A stretch of DNA of 64,000 nucleotides from positions 39,432,001-39,496,000 of the forward strand of contig JAGIQG010000011.1 in the NCBI GenBank assembly GCA_024679065.1, in the 5' to 3' direction. A model generated the notes under the pieces. That model had not been told where the DNA came from. It saw only the letters and a list, made by a program, of their open reading frames with translations, and did not search any database. Positions 52,201 through 61,200 of the stretch are shown here, piece by piece. This stretch comes from Sphyrna mokarran (Eukaryota). How positions within the stretch are numbered: position 1 is the stretch's first letter; every line of letters begins with the position of its first letter. The translations under genes and the position numbers were made by a program.

Positions 52201-55200
52201 TGTGTCTGCAGAGTCATTCCATACCCCACCTCAATCTCCTGGCTATGTCACTCCTCCAGAGAGATTGCCTCCACTTAATGCTGTGGGTAGGTCTCCTTCT
52301 GGCACTTTGCTGGAGAGATTTTATACACCACCTGAATATTTCAGATCCCCAGTAGATGAGGGTATTGAAACAACACCTCTTGAATATATAAGTCTAGCCG
52401 CTGAGGAGCAAAGATCAGAGTTATTTTCAACTCCCGCACAGGAAGCTGAAGCAAAAGGAAATGAAACACCGCCAGCATTTATCAAACCTCTTGTCAGAAA
52501 AAAGATCTATGAAGGAGGCACACTTACATTTATCACTGAGGTAATTGGTTGCCCAGTTCCAAATGTTAAGTGGTATAGAAGGAAGTCATTACTGGAACCA
52601 GACCATAGAACTAGACTTGAAAGAGAAGGAAGTTTGTGTATATTGGTAATTCATAGCATCCAGAGAGAGGATGAGGGAGAGTACATTTGCAATGCTGTCA
52701 ACATCATAGGAGAAGCAAAAACTATTACTCAAGTGGATGTTTTACCACAAAATGGAAGGTCAATTGCATTGCCACCCCCAGTGACTCATCAACATGTTAT
52801 AGAATTTGATGTGCAGCAAGGCCAAACATCAAGAACTCCTTCACCTCAGGAAATTCTTCTGGAAGTTGAACTTGATGAACATGAAGTGAAGGAATTTGAA
52901 AAACAGATAAAGATTATTACAATTCCAGAATTCACCCCTGACAATAAAAACATGATTATCTCCTTGGATGTCCTTCCTATGATGATTGCTGAAGAACAAA
53001 ACGTTGATTTTGTAACAAAAGAAAATGAAGATGTGAAAATTAATTTTGAAGTCACTGAAACACCCCCACGATTTATTAGTCATATTTTTGACCTGGAAAT
53101 TCCAGAAAATACTGATGCAGTTTTTGAATGCTCAGTGACAGGTATTCCTACTCCTGAAATAATGTGGTTCAGAGATGATTCACTCATAACTTCAGATGGC
53201 AAGAAGTATATCCGAACAGATAATCCTAGTCACAGTCTCAAAATAACCAATGTTTGTCCTTCTGACAGTGGCATATACAGTTGCAAGGCAGTGAATAATG
53301 TTGGAGAAACAACATGTAGAGGTTATCTTGCAGTGACAAATTCAAATGTGACACTTACAAAATCTGGTGTTAGAGCAGTGGTAGTACAATTGGATAGTGC
53401 CCAAAAAGGACCTCAGCAATTAGATGTTGATGTTGGTAATTCTTTACTGCAAAACAATCAGAGTTCAGAAATTGAGGTTGAGTTTGATTTTGAGCAAGGC
53501 ACCGATGATTCTCAGAAATTGTTGAAACTCATAGCAGTAACCGAGACTGGAAATGAAGAAAAGGGAGAGAAATGTGTAAACATCAATTTTGATGTATTTG
53601 GTGAGCCTGCCAAGGAGGAAACTATTCAGTTTAAAGCAGAGGCTTCTGAAAACTGTTCATTTGAATTTCAAATGACAGAAACTCCACCAAAGTTTGAAGT
53701 AGCCCTCGTAGACTGTACCGCAACTGTAGGGAACTCAGCATCTTTTCAATGCCTTGTGACTGGTACTCCAAAACCTAATGTAATATGGTATATGAATGAC
53801 AGAATGATTGAAGGTGCTAACTACATCATTGAGGAGAAAGAATCTGGTCACCATTATTTGAACATTGCAAATGTTCAAGAAAGCGATGCTGGAGTATACA
53901 AGTCCAAAGCTGTTAACAAAGCTGGGAATGCAATCTCAGGAGCTATTTTAAAAGTACTTAATTTGTAAAATAGTACTTTTCTTCTGAATATCTTTGAATA
54001 ATGATGCATTTTGTTTTGGATTTATGGTGCATTTATGAATTTGCTAAATACAAACTTAAAAATTTACTACTAAAAATAATCATATTTTATTTGTAGTTGT
54101 TGAAAAGGTGGTTCATTTTTAGAGTTGATTTATAATAATTGTACCCTGCAATGGTTTATTAGCAGTGGAACTTTAATTTGTGGCTTTCAAAATATTAGCT
54201 GAAAAGTAACTATTACACAAATACTCATGGTTTTAGACTAGAAGTATAAAAAAACCTAGATGAGGTCAAAGGTGTTGAAAAATATTGATAACAAGCTATT
54301 CTAGATCAAACAAGATGGCCATTAATGGCTTGGTTGGCATCTTTAAACATGAGATTTTCCGATCCCTGTGGCACATTTTGCAATGGTAGAGGCAGTCTAG
54401 CATTGCCAAGCAGCAGGATTTTCCAGTCTCACTGCTGTCAACAAGGTTTCCCATTGTCTGCGCAGTCTGTCACTGGAATACCACAGTGAAAATCACTGCA
54501 AGATCCTGCAGTCGGGAATAGCTGGGAAATGCATTGAAGGACTGTCCTGTTGAATTTGAGGTAAACCCAACATGTAAACAAATAACATATACTTATTTGT
54601 TTTGCTATTCCTTCGTAGTATGTTATCACACTGGTTAGCATTACTATCTCACAGTGCCAGATACCTGGGTTCAATTCCTGGGGGGGGGGGTGACTGTCTG
54701 TGCAGAATCTGTATGTTCTCCCCGTGTCTGCATGGTTTTTTTCCAGGTGTTATGGTTTCCTCTCACAGTCTGAAAAAACGCACTGGTTAGGTAGCCAAGC
54801 TAAATTTTCCCTCAGTGTACCCGAACAGATGCCAGAGTGTGGCGACAAGGGGATTTTCACAATAACGTGTAAGTCTACTTGTGACACTAATAACTAAACT
54901 TAAAGTTATCATTGGCAATGACCTTCCCTGATTTTTTGGGTGATCTACTTTCAAAGACACTATCCAAACTACTTTGAAAATGCTGTAGCGCTGCAGGAAA
55001 ATTCTGTCATTCTGAATTCTTTGGCCCAACACCTTACTTCTGCATGAAGCTGTGACTGACAAATCAATTGAGTTCCACAATTCTCTCATGCAGAGGCCAA
55101 GGTGCTCATCTCATCAGAGGTTTGCATTCAAACACACGTCCTTCAGTGATAGGTGCTGCTCTTAATGTGCTTTCTGGAAATATTCAGTTCAAAGTGCATG

Positions 55201-58200
55201 CTTGTGGTTCATTGAAAGATTAGTTAAGATATTGAAATCTTATTAAGTGAGCATTTATCCTATTTGATATACAATAGCTGAATACTTTTGTTAACATTTA
55301 TTATAATTAAAGATGTAAACTAAGATGTGATTCATTGTTAATTCTTTGAAGACTATCATTTTCCACAGCAGAAAACATTTCATACAGCATGTTAGGGTAA
55401 AAAAATTAAATAAGGAAAAAAGTATCAGAAGAATGTTTTTAAAATTTTATATTTTAATAGACAGAAATAAATGTCCAGTTTGGCGATAATGTTTAATACA
55501 TTCTGTTTGATACAAATAGCATTTGACTGAATAACATTCAATCCCTAAAGCAGAGATTAAGTTATGAGGCCATGTTACCTGAACAGTCTGAAGTTGTTTC
55601 TATCTGGATTCTACTCTGTTTCCTGCGAGCACTACCATAGATTTAGACTTACGTGTGGTTTAGAAGGTACTTTAATTTAAAGGCTTGAAATTCATGTTAA
55701 TGATACTAGAGGAAAATCACTAACCATGCTGATTTGACATATCTCTGCCCAACATGTTAAGAGGATCATTAATCCCATTTATTTTAGCTGGTCTAATGCC
55801 ACAATTAAAATGCCCAGAGCAATGTCAGATCAACATGCTAAAGATTTATTTGCTAATATTACCAACAGCAATTTCTTGTCCAATATTTTATTATTGGGAA
55901 ATTAGTACCTGATAACTTTGGGCATTGTGGAATTGCCATTTCATGAAACTGTTTGACACTATGGAGATCAAGGCAAAGGATTATGATAGAAAGAACTGAA
56001 AGTGATGCCAATTGTCATGTGAAGGACAAGGATGGATATGCTTATCACTATGGACCACAGTTCTTGAAGGAATTTATGCACCAGGACAGAGCTACTCCAG
56101 GGATATGACAGGATAGTTTCTGTTGGCTATAATTTAGAGAGATTCTTGAAGCTTCGGTAAGTATGATTTCAATTATGGTATACCTCTGCTTTTACTCATT
56201 GTTATAATTTCCATTTAGATCTCATGTGTGCAGTACTTTGCAGCTAAGGTAGAGAAGAGTTTGCTTTATCCCAGCTGTTTTTGGTTATATAGGGCACAAA
56301 GTCCATGTGACTCTTTACCTAGATTTCTTATCCTGTCAATCAGAAAATATTTGGCACTCCTACCTTTCCTTTTTTCTGCCTTTATTGTTTCAGAAATCCC
56401 ATGTATAACCACTGTTATGCTAAAATATAGCAGTTTATTGGCATACTGGTGTAGTACGTCGCCACGTTGGCCAGATGTTCAACATTTGGTTTATTCTGTG
56501 TTTTACTTGTCATTCTGTTGTTGCTAACTTTAAGGCCAATGTCTAGAGAGGAGGGGGGTGGCCAGAAGAGCTTCAGAGATGGTTCAGAGCTGTAAGTGCA
56601 ATGTGTAGAATTAAGAATTCATTTTATGGAGTTGCAAAACTTACTGATTGTATTACCACATTTGCTTTTGGAGGGAGTAAGCTCTGTGCCCCAATGTATT
56701 TTAATGTGCCCTAAGAATTGTTATCAAATATGTCAGTTAAATCTTTTAAGCAGTTTCCATAATAGTAAAAGTAGAGCAGTAAACATGTATATTCAGTAAG
56801 CCTAAAGATTATGACCTTATCATAATACTGATAATTTCAGTGTTATTGCAAAGTTACAGTGAGATTGAGTCTTCAATGAGTTGACAGATAATCATATTGT
56901 ATCTATATGTGAGTCACATCTTTGAGTATCATTTTAATATTTACTTTTAACTTGTTATTTTTAATGTTAGAATTAAACTTTTCTATTGTAATCAATGTTT
57001 AATATTTGTGCAAAACTTGTAAATTGTTTAATAGTGAAGACGAAGCTTTGGTGGTTTGATTTGTACAAACGTCAAAATAAAAAAAATTGTACCTTTCACA
57101 ACATAAACATAGATCAACATTTTGGTCAACATATTTATCAGTTATGTTCTTGCAGTGCAACAGTTTATTTGTGAAAGCATGTATTGTTTATTGTCATTTA
57201 TCTGCCCCATTTACATGATTTATTATTTGATGAATGAAAAAAGTTAATCTTCCATCTTGGGTGACAAGTCCTTTAATACAGACATCATTCATTCCTTGTA
57301 CAGGTTTCTGTTGCTGTATATCGTAATTGTATCACGTGCTCTATGGGTGGTTAGTTGATAATAGTTTGGTTTTGGTATAGTAATAATGTGATTAATATGT
57401 ATGGCATATTTCCTTTAGCTTAACCTGTCCTGTCCTGAGACAGCTGCTCATGCTATGATGCAGTTCCACAGGCCCCCTAGTACCTTGCCCAACTGAATGT
57501 TTAATGATGGTCTGTGAATTTTGGTAAATTATTTGAGTGTTGACCAACATGGTGAATGTTATTCTGCATTTAACTGATGGCCACACATATACGACTGAAT
57601 ATCCTGGTTCCTGGGTTTTGGCAACAGGAGCAGTGGTATAGCTGGTAAACTAGCAGAAACAATGTTGAGATGCCTCCCCTTCGCTGACCCATTGCAGGAC
57701 ACGTTTTCTAATGATGGGCAGCAAGACAGTTAGCTACCTGCTCCATGGAGGCCAGCAACTAAGTTCCATACACAGGGCCCAATTAAAGGCCATTTTACAG
57801 ATCCATCATCATTTACTAGTGGCAGGTAGGCCCCCATTGAATGGAGAGTCTGCCAATTTCCAGGAGCTCTTCTGCTTTGCCTGAAGGGGCCTTCAGAGCC
57901 AGAAGCTTCATGCTCCACAAAGAGGCCACAAGTACAAAAGGCAGCCCAAACACCCCTAACAATCCTCTGGAGTAGTTTTGTTTTGTAATTGGTGTGGCCA
58001 ATTGCTGTCATCCCTTCCAAAGTTTAATTTTACTTACCTCTGTGAGGCTCCTTCACTTTCAATCACCTCAACAGCTATGTCCTGCCTCAGCAGTGCCCTA
58101 CTTTCCTGGTGACAAGGCCCAAGTTTCAGATCTGTCAGTCTTCTGATTGGGCCAGCAACATCAGGAGCCAGAGTTCATAATTGGATGGTGGGTTCTCAGG

Positions 58201-61200
58201 TGGCTAATTAGGGCAAAAGATGTGCTGGTTAGATGCATTGGCCATGCTAAATTCTCCGTCAGTGTATCCAAACAGGTGCAGATATGTGGCAACTAGGGGA
58301 TTTTCGCAGTAAATTCGTTGCAGTGTTAATGTAAGCCTACTTGTAACACTAATAAATAAACATAAAGGAAATCAGCTGCGGTAAAATCATTGAGCCAGTC
58401 CTTCTGACAGCAAATATGGGCTCAGGATCTGCTTTTCACCCTAAAGACAGATCCTGAAGCCCACAGTGAAAAAATGGCCCCACATTCATTTTGGATTGCT
58501 GGATAGTAATTAGGAAAATAATCTTTTTTAGATTTTATGTTGCCATAGCCTGGAGATGCTGAAGTCAATTTTAGCATTTCATTGCTCCCTAGTTAAGAGA
58601 GGTTCAGCATAAATCAGGTTTTGTGTGGCATAGGATTAGACAAATGTTATACTTGTTTCCTGAACTACTGGACCAGATCCTGGCTTAGTAAATTGTTATC
58701 ATGTAAACCAGCATGGGTTTGACAACATTGAGTTATCAGATGATTGGCAAGGTTTACAAATGAAAACTGTTATTTTTCATTCTGAAACTTGGCAGACTAT
58801 GAAATTATCAGACAGATAGTATTATTATTAAGGTAAAAGTAAGAATGCATTTTTCTCTTAGTTTGCTTGTGATATGACTTACTGCTCAAATGTGATTTAT
58901 TTGATTGAAACATTTGTATTTCTGTGATGGAATAAAATTTATATTAGAAATTACTCAAGCCTTTAGAACATTTCTAGCATGCAAAACAATTTTGTATACT
59001 GATAATTAATACCAACATGACTACCTTGTAATGGAATTTTGTAAAATTCTTATGGCAAGATGGTTACTGAGTTAGTTTTTACTCATTTTGATTCAGAAAT
59101 GGAGAATATTGATGTGACATAAAATCATTTTTATCTGTAAGTAGTTACTCTGGCTTTTCAGAAGATATGTAATATCTACAAATCTCAGTAAGTTTTAAGT
59201 TAAATGGTTTGATTTTGACTTGAGAAATGAAGGCAAGTTTTTTTTTATTTTGCTTGTAAGCTGTTCAAAATAGCTTGAGGCAAAATTTTTCTCTTGCTTT
59301 GGACTAATTCTATTCACAATTAATGGATCTGATTGTATGTTTTAGTTAAAGATAAATCTTTGAGATAAACTATTACAGAATTGTATTCTTTTGAGGCAAT
59401 TTGAACTTAGCATGCAAAGTTATGTGATTAATTTTTGTGATTATTTTCAGTTTCCAGTACTAAGAAACGTCACTCACCATCAACGCGCATTCTAAATTTA
59501 AGCATCTTATTTCTTATACAGAATTTTCTAGCTCTGTTACCGTCGCTGCTGAAGATAAGAGGGAAGATTTCTACAGTAGTGACCTCCATGTGTCAGATCA
59601 AACATTTGAACTCAAACCTGAAACAGCACCGCTTTCCAGCATTTTAGACATAGAAGCTAAGCCTTTAAAAGCAATACCAGCATTTGTTAAAAGCATTTCC
59701 AGTATAGAGGTAGTTGTGGAAGATGTAGCTAAATTCACTGTGACAATAACTGGATTCCCCAAACCCTCTATTCATTGGTTTCATAATAGTAAAAAATTGA
59801 CTCCTTCATCAAATTGCAAATTTATTTATGATAGGGATGAATATAGTCTAATTATACCTTATGCAAAATTTACAGATGAGGGAGAATATACTTGCTCAGC
59901 TGCTAATATGCTTGGAACAACTTCATGTAGTGCATATCTGAAGATCAAACCAAAAGAAGGTATGGCAGGGTTTAGGACATCAGCTTCAAAACCTCCAGTT
60001 GCAAAACCGACAGATAAAAAAATAAGCAAAGAGACATTCTCAAAGGAAATTATGTCAACTATTCCAACAGAAACCATACATACCCTTAGAGGTCAGCCAC
60101 CACATTTTTTCAAAGAACTTAAATCTTTGCAGTGCCCAGAAGGTCTGCCTGCTAAATTTGACTATATAGTGAAAGGTGAGCCAATGCCAGAAGTGCTTTG
60201 GTATAAGGAAAACGATCAGATTCACCAGAGTGTGCAATGCAATCTTAGATCCAATCCTGATGGCTCTGGTTCATTAACTATCAATAATGCACAAAAAGAG
60301 GACAGTGGTTTATATTCCTGCAAAGCTTTTAACTCACTTGGTGAAACAACTTGCACTGCAGAGCTAATTGTATTCAGTGGCACTTTTGCTACTGTTGAAC
60401 ATAAGAAACAGGAAGTAGCTCAAAAGCACCATACTAAGTCATACACAAAGACTGTTGGTGACCACGCCACAGAATCACGTTTATTCATGGTAAAGTTACC
60501 TGGTGAGGCTCAGGCTGAATTACAAGACAAAGATCAACTGGTGTACACAATAGCTTCTGAAGGTAAACATTCGGTTCACAGTGAGCAGACAGGCACATTG
60601 CATGATGTGACTGTTTCTGCTGCAGAAACAGCAATTGCAGGAAAGAAACAGATAATAATGCATTCACAAACTACACAAGAAAGTCTGGGTTATATAGAGC
60701 AACATTATGAACCAATTAAAAGTCCACCAGTATTTGAATTATCAAGCACTGAAGTACAATTAGATTCTACCCTTTGTTTGCCCACAATTGAGGAGAAAAC
60801 TTTAATTCCAAAGGAAGGCAGTTTTAGTGTCAGAGATTCATCTACTATAGATACTAAGACAAAGACAAAAGAAACAAGCATCTTGTCTGTGGAAAAGCAT
60901 CTAATTCCCAGCTCCAGGACTGTTGTAGAGAAAGGAATATCAAAAACAGAGCCAGCATACTCTTTGCACAGCTATAAGGTTGAGGGAGATCAAGGACCAC
61001 CCAAAGAGACATTGCTTGGTTTTGAAATTCCTGCATTACAGAAATGTGAAATACAAAAAGAAAGAAAAATGGAGGTTCATACAGCTGTAGCAATGGAACA
61101 GAACAAAATAAAGCATGAAATGGCAGAAGACATACAAATGTTAGATGAAACAAGAGAAGCAAAATCATTTAAAGAAAAACCAGAACCATTCTTGATGACT

